NCBI RefSeq assembly: GCF_964213995.1
Contig: NW_027590214.1
Span: 496,001 to 560,000, forward strand
Length of the DNA stretch: 64,000 nt
Direction: 5' to 3'
Source of the DNA: Mustelus asterias
Taxonomy: Eukaryota
The position numbers and the translations under genes were made by a program. The notes beneath the pieces were generated by a model. It did not search any database. It was not told the DNA's origin and saw only the letters and a list, made by a program, of their open reading frames with translations. This document shows, piece after piece, positions 52,916-64,000 of the stretch. How positions within the stretch are numbered: the first letter of the stretch is position 1; each line of letters opens with the position of its first letter.

Positions 52916-54009
52916 TAAATCAACTGTCTGCTGAAAGGGTTAACTTTTCTACAGAACCGAAAGGGGTGGGGAGTGAGAAGAAACTTGGCACACAGTTACA
53001 TCACTTTACATAATTTTTAAAAACTTCTCTAACAACAAAACAAAGTTGATTTTAAACTTTATCTATGAATTCTTTTGTTCTCTTCCTCAACCTAATTATT
53101 TTAATTTGATCAGTTTTTGTTAGGGATGGGTAACTTCTGTTCTTTATAAACTGGTTCACTCATTTTGTTAATTCTACATGGGCTCGGAGAATCAGAACCC
53201 AGACTTTATCATCCTTATCATTTTTCTCCTTCTGCCACCACTCCCTCTGTTTTGAAGGAGGGTCATGGGGATTCCAATCAGAACTAATCATTTCATCAGA
53301 AGAGTAAAATACTGCAGATACTGGAATCTGAAACAAAAACACAAAATGCTGGAAAATCTCAGTAGGTCTGACAGCACCTGTGAAGAATGGAGCCAAAGTT
53401 TCAATCCTGGATGACCCTTCATAACAGCTCTCATGAAGCATCATCCAGACTCAAAACGTTGGCTCTGTTCTCTAATCATTTTATCGATACATTTCTTGTT
53501 CTTAGTTTGAGGTTTCAGGTGAGAGGAGAGAGATACAAAAGGGTCCAGAGGGGCAGTTTTTCACTCAGGTCGTGGTGAGTGTCTGGAACGAGTTGCCAGA
53601 GGCAGTGGTAGAGGTGGGTACAATACTGTCTTTTCAAAAGCATTTAGACAGTTACACGGGTAAGATGGGTATAGAGGGATATGGGCAAAATACGGGCAAT
53701 TGGGACTAGCTTAGTGGTAAAAACTGAGCGGAATGGACAAGTTGGGCTGAAGGGCCTGTTTCCATGTTGTAAACCTCTATAACTTCCTAACACCCTGTCA
53801 CTCTGTGATCCGTGTGAAATCTAAAAACCAGGTATTCGCAACAGGACTCAAAGAGCATCAGCCCACTGGAGGCAAAGTCATGAGACCGGCCAGTCCAGCA
53901 GAAAGAAACCCTCCGACCCTCCCCATTGACCACCTGTGAGAATGAACAAAATGCAGTCCTGGATGTAATTGAGAGCAGAAACAATAACAGCAGAATCCAA
54001 CCTCTGGAA

Positions 54010-55188
54010 TCACTCGTGAACTCGCTGGTGTCTCAGCAGGTGGGATGAAACTCTGAATCCCTTCCCACACTGAGAGCAGGTGAATGGCCTCTCCCCAGTG
54101 TGAACTTGCTGGTGTGTCTGCAAGTTGGATGACTGAGTGAATCCCTTCCCACACTGAGAACAGTTGAATGGTCTCTCCCCAGTGTGAACTCGCTGGTGTC
54201 TCTGCAGGTGGGATGACTGAGTGAATCCCTTCCCACACTGAGAGCAGGTGAACGGCCTCTCCCCTGTGTGAACTCGCTGGTGTGTCCGCAGATCAGATGA
54301 GTTAGTGAATCCCTTCCCACACTGAGAGCAGATGAATGGTTTCTCCCCAGTGTGAACTCGCTGGTGTATTCGCAGGCTGGATAACAGAATGAATCCCTTC
54401 CCACACTGAGAGCAGGTGAACGGCCTCTCCCTTGTGTGACGTAGCTGGTGTCTCTGCAGGTCGGCTGACTGAGTGAATCTCTTCCCACACTGAGAGCAGG
54501 TGAACGGTCTCTCCCCAGTGTGAACTCGTTCGTGTGTCCGCAGGATGGATGAGTTCGTGAATCCCTTCCCACACTGAGAACAGTTGAATGGCCTCTCCCC
54601 AGTGTGAACTCGTTGGTGTCTCTGCAGGAGGGATAACAGAATGAATCCCTTCCCACACTGAGAGCAGGTGAACGGCCTCTCTCCTGTGTGAACTTGCTGG
54701 TGTTTCTGCAAGCTGGATAACTGAATGAATCCCTTCCCACACTGAGAGCAGGTGAATGGTTTCTCCCCAGTGTGAACTCGCTGGTGTATCCGCAGGCTGG
54801 ATAACAGAATGAATCCTTTCCCACACTGAGAGCAGGTGAATGGCCTCTCCCCAGTGTGAACTCGTTCATGTGTCCGCAGGGTGGATAATTGAGTGAATCC
54901 CTTCCCACACTGAGAGCAGGTGAACGGCCTCTCCCCAGTGTGAACTCGCTGGTGTCTCTGCAGGTCGGATAACTGACTGAATCCCTTCTCACATTGAGAG
55001 CAGGAAAATGGCCTCTCTCCAGTGTGAACTCGCTGGTGTCTCTGCAGGAGGGATAATCGAGTGAATCCCTTCCCACATTGAGAGCAGGTGAATGGTCTCT
55101 CCCCAGTGTGGCTGCGTCGATGAGCTTCCAGCTTAGATGGGGCTCTGTATCCCTTCCCACAGTCCCCACATTTCCATGGTTTCTCCAT
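54010..55188 (-). CDS. C2H2 zinc-finger protein Z6 (14 fingers), close paralog of Z2
   Basis: Intact ORF MEKPWKC...; acceptor at 55540-55541; its first exon is not evident. Confidence 0.82.
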   Translation of the reverse strand: MEKPWKCGDCGKGYRAPSKLEAHRRSHTGERPFTCSQCGKGFTRLSLLQRHQRVHTGERPFSCSQCEKGFSQLSDLQRHQRVHTGERPFTCSQCGKGFTQLSTLRTHERVHTGERPFTCSQCGKGFILLSSLRIHQRVHTGEKPFTCSQCGKGFIQLSSLQKHQQVHTGERPFTCSQCGKGFILLSLLQRHQRVHTGERPFNCSQCGKGFTNSSILRTHERVHTGERPFTCSQCGKRFTQSADLQRHQLRHTRERPFTCSQCGKGFILLSSLRIHQRVHTGEKPFICSQCGKGFTNSSDLRTHQRVHTGERPFTCSQCGKGFTQSSHLQRHQRVHTGERPFNCSQCGKGFTQSSNLQTHQQVHTGERPFTCSQCGKGFRVSSHLLRHQRVHE

Positions 55189-56124
55189 GGTGCAGGTGTC
55201 CTTACCTCTCTCTTGACTGGACAATTAGTTGAAACTTCGCCCACACTCAGAACAAGATTACAGTCTCTGCCCGCTGTGAATGGTGTGATATTTATTCAGA
55301 CTGTGTAACTGGTTAAAGCTCTTTAGTCAGTGCATTGGAACACTCTCATTCAAGTGTGGCAGAGTGTTGATGCTTTTTCACTCACACTGACATTTCAAAT
55401 CTTTTCAAATCGACAGACTGGACAATCATTTCTCCTTCTGGATTCAAAGTCCGATGATATTGAGGTCCCAAGGAATATGACTCTGTCACGTCTAGACATG
55501 ACGTTCGAGATTTCGGCCTGTGATTCCTCTTTCAATATCCTGTAAAACGAGTTTACAAAAGTCATCAGTGTCAGTACAGCATAGAAATTCAGAACAGACA
55601 ATTTCTATGGAACATTCTTTCCTCTCTCATTCCCCAAAAGCTGTAAATCTCCATCCCACACACTCTCTCCCCATTCTCAGCAGGTCTGGCAGCATCTGTA
55701 TGGAGAGAAAAGAACTGATGTTTCAGAGCTTTGACAAAGGGTCATCTGGACAAGAAACATCAGCTCTTGATGTAGGAAGAGAGATTCCTATTCGCTGATT
55801 CAGGCAGGCTCCATTGTGACGTCACAATGCGGAAGTTGTCCAATGAGCTTCAGATTGAAACTTCCTCTTCTGGACAACATCTGGGAGGAAATCAATGTTT
55901 CCCCCTTTCCATTTCTTTTCTCATTCTGGGGAAATTGGGGACTTGCAGCAACTGAAGGGAATGAAGTGAATTCGGTCTGTATATTCCACACATTTTTACT
56001 CCAGTAATGTAGACATTTATTTGTCTGGCAGCCTGCATGGAAATTTTCAGCTCTCTGCATCCAGGGCAAGAAGCAGTGAGCACGGATCTGTCAATCACAC
56101 ATGAGGATGGCCTCAACCGGGATC

Positions 56125-56470
56125 TTGGGTTCATGTCACACTATCTGTAACTCACACTATCTGTAACCCCCACAAATTGCCTGGGCTTGCAAAATCTCAC
56201 TAACTGTCCTGGCTGGAGACAATACACATCTCTTTAACCTGTGCTTCACCCTCTCTCCACTCACATTGTCTGTACCTTTAAGACTTGATTACCTGTAAAG
56301 ACTCACATTCCAACCATTATTTTGTAAATTGAGTTTGTGTCTCTGTGCCCTGTTTGTGAATAGAACTCCCACTCACCTGATGAAGAGCAGCGCTCCAAAA
56401 TCCTGTGGCTTATGCCAGCAAATTAACCTGTTGGATTTTAACCTGGTGTTGTGAGATTACTTACTGTCTG
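56125..56470 (+). mobile_element. Penelope-like 3' end/terminal repeat
   Basis: Ends with cacctgatgaagagcagcgctcc...aacctgttggattttaacctggtgttgtgag, the same arm seen in the hairpin elements. Confidence 0.72.
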
Positions 56471-56604
56471 AGGCTGAACCAGGCTGTTCACAACCAGGGT
56501 GAAATAGTTCATCCCAATATGAGCTTCCAACCACGTCCACATCATCATCAAGACCACCTTCATTCAAAGTAATTAATTAATTAACAGTAATGAATCATAA
56601 AATA

Positions 56605-56895
56605 CATTGTAGGAGGAGGCCATTCAGCCCATCGAGCCTGCACCGACAACAATCCCATCCAGGCCCTATCCACATATTTACCTGTTAATCCCCCTGATGC
56701 CAAGGGTTAATTTATCATGGCCAATCTGTCTAACCTGCACATCTTTAGACTGTGGAAGGAAACCGGAACACCCGGAGGAAACCCACACAGACACGGGGAG
56801 AATGTAGAAACTCTGCACAGACAGTGACCCGAGGCTGGAATTGAACCGGGGTCCCTGGCGCTGTTAGGCAGCTGCGCTAACCACTGCGCCACCAG
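56605..56895 (-). mobile_element. HE1-like SINE
   Basis: Reverse complement of the SINE consensus seen elsewhere in the window. Confidence 0.82.
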
Positions 56896-56950
56896 GCCAC
56901 ATGTCAGTGCCATCGCCCGACTCCAGCCCAGTGTCAGCTCATCTGGAACC

Positions 56951-57114
56951 CTCACCCATTCCATTGTGACATCACACTCTCACCCATTCCATTGTGACGT
57001 CACACTCTCACCCATTCCATTGTGACATCACACTCTCACCCATTCCATTGTGACCTCACACTCCCACCCATTCCATTGTGACCTCACACTCTCACCCATT
57101 CCATTGTGACGTCA
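56951..57114. repeat. 28-bp minisatellite, ~5.9 copies, CRE-bearing
   Basis: Unit CTCACCCATTCCATTGTGAC(A/G/C)TCACACT. Confidence 0.93.
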
Positions 57115-57149
57115 GGGCTTCACTCTCCGATCACAATCCCTGCCGGCCT

Positions 57150-57720
57150 CCCACATGCAGCCTCAATGGCGGCAGTCAGCCCGGGTCTAACACTACAAGC
57201 TGCCGCTCCATTTGGTACAAAGGGGGGGACCCGGAAGTTCATTTCCGGGGTTTGGGGTTGAACAACATGTTTACAAAGCCTCTCCACCCACCCGCCCCAT
57301 TTATCATTCCCCGCACGCCGCCCTCTACCTGGTATTGATCTCGCTACCGAGTTAAAACCGTCCATCCGTCGCCATTACCCGCACTGCGCATGCTTCAGGC
57401 CCCGCCTCTCATTCACTCCGATTGGTTGGAGGACCAGCCGCTCCCCCTCGGTCCTCCAGTCCCGCCCCCTCTTCCTATTGGTCCGGAGCTGCCGTCAATC
57501 AGTCCCCGGGCATTGTGATGTGGAGCATGCGCAGTGTCATTGCTGTCCTTGGCGCTTGTTTGTCCCGGAGAAGCGGAGTCAGCGTTAGGCGGTGGCTGGG
57601 AGGATTTGGAAACACTTTGTGGATCCGCAAACCCTTCAGAATCATTGTCAGCTCCCTGGTTTGCAGCTGCGGGGCTTCTCCCTCCCTCCCTCCCGGGAAC
57701 AGGCCCAGGTTAACGGCCCC
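57150..57720 (+). promoter_or_regulatory. CpG promoter/first-exon region of Z7
   Basis: TGCGCATGC, GCATGCGCA, ATTGG boxes, GC boxes and CCGGAAGT; layout similar to 41317-41760. Confidence 0.65.
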
Positions 57721-58524
57721 ATCCTGGCTCAGCCACTGGAGGATGGTTCACATCAGAGGATGGGGGAGGGGGACAATAAATAAGAGGTTACACTTTGGCC
57801 TCAAATCAATGAGGACTCTGATCTCTGGGAAGGAAGGAAACCCTGGGAGGTGGGCGGGGAGGATTCACAAACACCCGCTAGAGGCCCCAACACCCCCAAT
57901 AAGACCCATTGATTTTATTGTCAGTCTGCAGACAGGAGCTGGAGAACTGAACCCAGACAGAGGAGAGGGAGGGAGAAAACTGGGAGTGGAGGAAAGAAAT
58001 GGTGAGATGGGTTTGGATTTCAGCCCAGGGAGGAGGGAGAGTGTGTGGGACGGAGATTTACAGATTTGGGGGAACAAGAAAGGAAAAAATGTTCCAGAAA
58101 GACTAGAATTGTTCAGAGTTTCTATCCTGTTCTGACAGTGATGACTTTTCTAAACTGTTTTTACAGGATATTCAAAGTGAAGGAATGGCAGACAGAAAAC
58201 TCAAACCGAACATCACATCTGACAAAGTCATTCAGTTCCTTCGGAGCTGAATATGATCGGTCTTTGAATATGGAAGGAGCAATATTTGTCTGTTCTGCCT
58301 GTGGGCAAAGAAATTCAACATCAGTGTGACCAGAAAAGCAGCAGGACAAACACACACCCGAGTGAGAGTGTTCCAGTGAACCGACTGTGGAAAGAGCTTT
58401 AACCAGTTACACAGCCTGAAAAAAAATCACAGTTCACAGCAGGGTGAAACTACGTGTATGTTGTGTGTGTGGATGAGGCTTGAACTGATCATCCAACCTG
58501 GAGAAACACAAGGGCACCAGCACC

Positions 58525-59673
58525 ATGGAGAAACCGTGGAAATGTGTGGATTGTGGGAAGGGATTCAGTTTCCCATCACAACTGGAAGTTCATCGGCGCA
58601 GTCACACTGGGGAGAGACCGTTCACCTGCTCTGTTTGTGGGAAGGGATTCACCCATTCATACAACCTTCTGACTCACCAACGGGTTCACACTGGGGAGAG
58701 GCCGTTCACCTGCCCTGTGTGTGCGAAGGGATTCACTCGCTCATCCGACATTGTGACACACCAACTTGTTCACACTGATGAGAGACTGTCTCCATGTTCT
58801 GACTGTGGGAAGAGTTTTAAATGCAAAAAAGATCTGCTGACGCACCAACGTATTCACACTGGGGAGAGACCGTTCACCTGCTGTGTGTGTGGGAAAGGAT
58901 TCATTCAGTCATCCCACTTGCAGACACATCAACTTGTTCACTCTGATAACAAACTTTTTAATTGTTCCCACTGTGAGAAGAGCTTTAAAAATAAAAAAGA
59001 TCTGCTGACGCACCAATATACTCACACTGGGAAGAGGCCATTCACCTGCTGTGTGTGTGGGAAGGGATTCAGCCATCCATCTGCCCTATTGAACCACCAG
59101 AGAATTCACACTGGGGAGAGGCCCTTCACCTGCTCAGACTGTGGGAAGGGATTCATTAATTCATCCAACCTTCTGATACACCAGCAACTCCACACAGGGG
59201 ATCGACCGTTCACCTGCTCTGAATGTGGGAAGGGATTCACCCGTTCATACAACCTTCTGACACAGCAGCAGGTTCACAGTGAGGAGAGGCCATTCACTTG
59301 CTCCGTATGTGGGAAGGGATTCACTCGTTCATCCAACCTATTGAATCACCAGCGAGTTCACACTGGGGAGAGGCCGTTCACCTGCTCCATGTGTGGGAAG
59401 GGATTCAGTCAGTCATCCAACCTGCTGACACATCAGAGAGTTCACAGTGGGGAGAGGCCATTTACCTGCTCTGTCTGTGGGAAGGGATTTTCTCATTTCT
59501 CTTATCTTCTGAATCACCAGCGAGTTCACACTGGGGAGAGGCCGTTCACCTGTAATGTCTGTGGAAAGGGATTTGTTCAGTCATCCCACCTGCTAACACA
59601 CCAGCGAGTTCACAAACGACTGCAAGGTTTGGATTCTACACTTATCGATGCTGTTAATCATATCCAGGTCTGA
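58525..59673 (+). CDS. C2H2 zinc-finger protein Z7 (13 finger units plus short tail)
   Basis: 382-aa ORF MEKPWKC...; acceptor AG 58165-58166. Confidence 0.88.
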   Translation: MEKPWKCVDCGKGFSFPSQLEVHRRSHTGERPFTCSVCGKGFTHSYNLLTHQRVHTGERPFTCPVCAKGFTRSSDIVTHQLVHTDERLSPCSDCGKSFKCKKDLLTHQRIHTGERPFTCCVCGKGFIQSSHLQTHQLVHSDNKLFNCSHCEKSFKNKKDLLTHQYTHTGKRPFTCCVCGKGFSHPSALLNHQRIHTGERPFTCSDCGKGFINSSNLLIHQQLHTGDRPFTCSECGKGFTRSYNLLTQQQVHSEERPFTCSVCGKGFTRSSNLLNHQRVHTGERPFTCSMCGKGFSQSSNLLTHQRVHSGERPFTCSVCGKGFSHFSYLLNHQRVHTGERPFTCNVCGKGFVQSSHLLTHQRVHKRLQGLDSTLIDAVNHIQV

Positions 59674-60579
59674 ATCATCTTCACTCTGACTTTTTTCTTC
59701 TGTTGAGGTTTGATATTCTGAATAAATGTGAAATAGACATTTGATTGAATCATTGTTGTAGATTTTTGTCTTTTCCATTTGAGTGTTTAACGTCACCAGG
59801 CTGGAGCTCAGAAAGGGCAATCTGAGGGAGGATCACACAGTAGGAACAGAACTTCATTCTTGACCCAGTCCTTCAGGGGCTCACTGAGAGGGACAAACAG
59901 CACTTTGGTCTTTTTCGTCACTTTTCACTGACAGCAAAGTCCCCGTGTGGGTGAATCCTGAGGTGTGTAAAAAAATGTGTCCCAGTCGTTCTTTTCCATG
60001 GTTCCGAGCTCCGAGACACGGAACAGAAGCTCTTTTACAACTATGTTTAGAGTTAGGAAGAACAATGGTGAATGCTGGAAACGTGCTGTCAAAGATTGGT
60101 GTAAAACTGGGATCTATTCCTGACTGAGAGTGAAACGGCAGGTTTAGGTTTCCAGACTAAAAATGCAAAAAAGTCTAAAACATTTTAATGTGTGTGTGTG
60201 TCAGTCCTGGTTTATTGAACAGAAACTGGCTTAAAATAAATTGGTTGAAGTCTGCATCAAAGTAGCAGCTGGAGACGTTCAAAGGAGCCTGTTAACTGCT
60301 GGGACAATTAGACAACAATTTGATTCCCAGATAGAGAAGGAGCTGCAGTGTGGATCCAAAAATTCTCAGTTTTGTTGTGTGCTTCCCATACACTATCCTT
60401 TTAAATAAACCTCACTCCTATCAGCCTTTAACCATTAGAAACAGAACAGAGAGAAGCTGAGCAGCAACAGAGCCCTGACTGACCATTTAAGAATGAGTGA
60501 TGTGTTCAGCTGAAGTTTCCTGTTGGTAGTTTTTTGGGTGATCTTATTTTGATCATTCGCAGTGACCCCTGGGTGTGAA

Positions 60580-61030
60580 CCTGCTCTCCTCTCTTTCAGA
60601 CATTCACTCACTTAGCATCTCCTCTCCCTCAGAAACTCAATCACTTAACATCTCTCATCTCTCTCACACTCACTGAACATCTCTCTTTCTCTCCAGGCAT
60701 TCACTCACACTTACCTTACCTTCCACCTCTCTTACACTCTAACCTCGCTCCTCTCTCACATTCACTTCACCTCTCTCCTCTCAGAAACTGTCTTCATCAC
60801 TTAATGTCTCTCTATCTTTCTTTCAAACACTCACTCATTTAACCTTCCTATTTCAGATCTGCTTAAACTTATTCATTGTTTTCTCTCTCTCATTACCTCT
60901 CTCTCAAAAAGCACAAACACACTTCATCTCTTCGCTGTCTGAGAAAACATCTAATTGATGGAGATTCAATCCTCTCTGTTTCTCTCTCCCACTTCCTCTG
61001 ACAGGCCCTGACTCACTTTAAATCTCCTCT
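60580..61030. repeat. Pyrimidine-rich low-complexity tract
   Basis: Recurrent cactcacttaacatctctc-like words. Confidence 0.6.
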
Positions 61031-63058
61031 TTTCTAATAACCCTCTTTGGGAAAACTCATTTGTTCTCTAATTCCTCCTCATTTCTCCCAGTGATGACCC
61101 TCAGTCCATCTCCCAATTCAGTGAATGTGTTAAAAGTCCAAATAACCTCCTTTATTGTTTAAAATGGGAATGGAGATGAATATAATGCTGAGACTGGCAG
61201 CAATCTGTGTGGTTGTTCTTGATGCTGTCAGGGTGAGTTCACCCTCACAGACAGGAAGACTGTTCATGGTGATAACATCAAACTGACGCCGGCTGTTTCA
61301 TTCTCAGGCATCACAACTTCCTGTTTCTCTGCTGCCGGTTCCAAACCTCACATCTCACTTCTGAGCAGAAAATAAATCCAGGGACCACAATCTCGTGAGA
61401 ACATCTGTCAATGTGACCTATATCTGTCCACAGAGTTAGGGCAGAGTCACACAGATCACATTGTGGTGACATTTACAAATGAGCCAGTTATTTCTGTTCA
61501 GAGTTTCCATTCGCAGATATAACCAGCTGTGTCTGTGGATCAGTTACTGAGTTCCCTCTGCTTCCCATAGCTGGGAACTGATAGCCTGCTCCCTTATATA
61601 CAGAGCATTCTCTCTGTATTGCTTGTTTCCTCTGATTCTCAGCTTTTATCTTTGACCTTCCTCATCTTTCTGCTTTTTAAATCTTTCTCAATTTTTCTCT
61701 GTCTTTCTGTCTCTCCCTTCCTCTGTATCTCTCTCAGGCTTTGTGTGTTCCTATTTAATCGAGCTGTTCAAAATCATGAAGAGTTTCTGATTGATTTTCG
61801 AAGGAAAAACAGGGAGAGAAGCAGAAAAACCCAGCAGATCCGGCGGCATCTGTTCAGAGAGAAACAGTTAACATTTTGAGTCCATATAATTCTTCAGGGC
61901 AGGAAAAACATGGGTTATCCACCTTAGATCAGGGAATGTAATGGGGAGAGGTGTTTAAAATGACAAATGATTTATGATAGTGTCAATGGAGAGAAATTAT
62001 CTCCCAGGAGCACGAGGGTTTGTCGATGGAGAGAATCTATTTCCCCGGTGCAGGAGGGTCTGTAAGCAGAGGACACAGAGATTTAACTTAATTGACAACA
62101 GAACTGGAGGGGGTGATAAGGAGAATGTTTTACACAATAACTTGATATGATCTGGAATGCACAAACTGACAGGTGCTCGAAGCAGGTTTAGTAGTAACTT
62201 TCAAAGGGAATTGGATAAATACTTGCAGAAGGTAAATTGGCAGAGTTATGGTGAATGGGATTAATTGGACAGTTCACTCATCTTTGTGACATTCTGAATG
62301 TTTCTCTCCGAAGGTTTTAATATTTGATCTTTTCGGTCATAATGTGTCTCAAACAGAAGATTTAAACATTGGGTTTGATGAGCTGTCAGATCTCTTTCCT
62401 GTGTGTCTCTGTAACTTGCGAACTGGAGATAACCATGAGAAGGAACTGATTATTTTCAGTTCCTCTAACAGATTCCCCTCAGATATCAGGAATCCCTGGA
62501 GTTCCCCATGTCCTCATTATTCTCGCCTCAAGTATAACAGCTCTCAGTCAGGCCGAGTCAGTCACATGTGTCTCTGTCATGATGTTTCCACTTGTATTTT
62601 ATCACTCACCTCCCAGTGACACTCACCATAACACAGACACCCTAAAATATCATTGTTCCCTTACACTTTGTCCTCCTATTATAATCAAATGTTTGTTGGG
62701 CCTCTTGTCTCCCTTAATGTCAGATTATCTGCAGTTAAAATGACCTCAGAGACACTGAAACCGACCTTTGTGATTATTATACCAGACTCCAATCAGCCCC
62801 AGGAGCTGCAGTTGTAGAATACAGCAGAATTGGAATAACAGACAGGTTATTGTCTGATACTGACAGTGGCAGAGTAACACACACCGGAATCTAAACACAT
62901 TATATCAATGGACCATGACTCACTCACACTATCAAATGAAACCTAAACTTTGGTTATGGTGCACGAGATACTGACTGTATTACCATTACATTGGATCCAA
63001 TGCTGTGTTCACTAACATACTGCAACGTGACTCTTATTATTTGAACAAACATTGTATT

Positions 63059-63415
63059 TGTTACACTCAGAGTAAGTCAGTGTTTGCTGTGTTGTCTCTG
63101 TGCTCCATCCCCACTCTGATTGTATTGGAGCCTGTGTGTGTCATTGTTACACTCAGAGTAAGTCAGTGTTTGCTGTGTTGTCCCTGTGCTCCATCCCCAC
63201 TCTGATTGTATTGGAGTCTGTGTGTGTCATTGTTACACTGAGAGTAAGTCAGTGCTTTGCTGTGTTGTCCCTGTGCTCCATCCCCACTCTGATTGTATTG
63301 GAGTCTGTGTGTGTCATTGTTACACTCAGAGTAAGTCAGTGTTTGCTGTGTTGTCTCTGTGCTCCATCCCCACTCTGATTGTATTGGAGCCTGTGTGTGT
63401 CATTGTTACACTGAG
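63059..63415. repeat. 86-bp minisatellite, ~4.1 copies
   Basis: Unit starts TGTTACACT at 63059, 63145, 63231, 63318 and 63404. Confidence 0.93.
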
Positions 63416-63439
63416 ATTCTGTCACTGTGATTATTGGAC

Positions 63440-63870
63440 AAGCAGCAAGTCACCGTCACAATGCCCGGCTGATTGACGGCAGCGTGGACCAATGGGAAGA
63501 GGGAGCAGTGCTGGAGGACCGACCTGGAGCGGTCGGTCATCGAACCAATAGGAGCGAATGAGGGGCGGGGCCAGCTTTGACTCGAGCATGTGCAGTGTGA
63601 GTAATGGCAATGGAAAGCGGCTTTTGTTTTGGGCTCGGAAATCTGTTAGAGGTGATTGGCGGTACGGAGAGAGCAATGGATCGTCCAGGTTGGTGGAAAC
63701 GCTGCGTAAGCATGTTGTGTAAGCCGCAAACCGCGGAAGAGAGCTTCCCGGACCCAGTTTGTACCGAGCAGGGCTGCAGCTCCTCATGTTCGTCCCGGGT
63801 TAACGTTCGCCATCTTTATTGGGGGCAATATACAGCAGTGCGCATGTGCGGCCGCCATGTTTGTAGAGGG
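63440..63870. promoter_or_regulatory. CpG-island promoter-like region
   Basis: Two CCAAT boxes, GGGGCGGGG, YY1-like CGCCATCTT and GCCGCCATGTT, NRF1-like GCGCATGTGC; resembles 25640-26110. Confidence 0.6.
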
Positions 63871-64000
63871 CAATATTGTCTATCATTGGGAGGAGCTTGT
63901 TCCCCATTGTTCAGAATGGAGACAACTTGTCCATCAAACTGCATCAACCCTCTGAGTCCCAATGTCTTATTGATGAGGCAGAGCGGTGACAGAGAAGGAG

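Larger units (their letters stand above)
45480..55770 (-). repeat. Inverted segmental paralogy with 30890-40500
   Basis: 45480-46010 ~ 33770-34330; 46020-46260 ~ 32480-32720; 46700-47930 ~ 38050-39650; 48330-48510 ~ 37650-37800; 48600-50190 ~ 34830-36390; 53785-55770 ~ 30890-32695 (all reverse complement). Confidence 0.88.

Noticed and set aside
54033-55244. Long alternative-frame ORFs over ZNF genes (403 aa here, 292 aa at 31408-32286, MWEGIH-type ORFs)
   Set aside because: Stop-free shifted frames of the 84-bp finger repeat; no independent evidence of coding.
57422-58135. 237-aa ORF upstream of Z7 as an effector-domain exon
   Set aside because: Non-ATG start, crosses promoter and intron sequence, and has no recognisable domain.
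61400-61610. Minus-strand TATATAA followed by a short ATG ORF
   Set aside because: The ORF closes after ~24 codons with no recognisable homology or supported exon chain.

Overview
Vertebrate genomic DNA, very likely from a shark or ray: it carries HE1-type SINEs, HER1/CR1 LINEs, Penelope-like terminal repeats and shark-type TCR V segments, but the species cannot be fixed from sequence alone. There are three zones. (1) 1-10 kb holds four T-cell receptor alpha/delta-type V segments with leader exons and 23-bp-spacer RSSs. All four are pseudogenes, one is inverted, and one is split by a CR1 insertion at its splice acceptor. No D, J or C segment was found. (2) 11.7-16.6 kb holds a tRNA-Val(AAC) gene in a decayed tandem duplication, a Penelope-like fragment, and exons 1-3 of an EMC4 pseudogene with a CpG-island promoter. 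(3) 21.7-60 kb is a cluster of seven effector-less C2H2 zinc-finger genes or fragments, built from duplicated convergent gene pairs and bidirectional CpG promoters and interspersed with CR1, Tx1, Rex1/Babar, L2, Gypsy, Penelope and SINE copies. I cannot demonstrate a wholly new system. The best leads are possible capture of the EMC4 promoter by a ZNF gene, a start codon recruited from the TGEKP linker with dead fingers left as 5' UTR, a non-canonical V family lacking Cys23/Trp41, and an all-pseudogene TCR V block that may be an orphon. Repeat boundaries are approximate and were read by eye.
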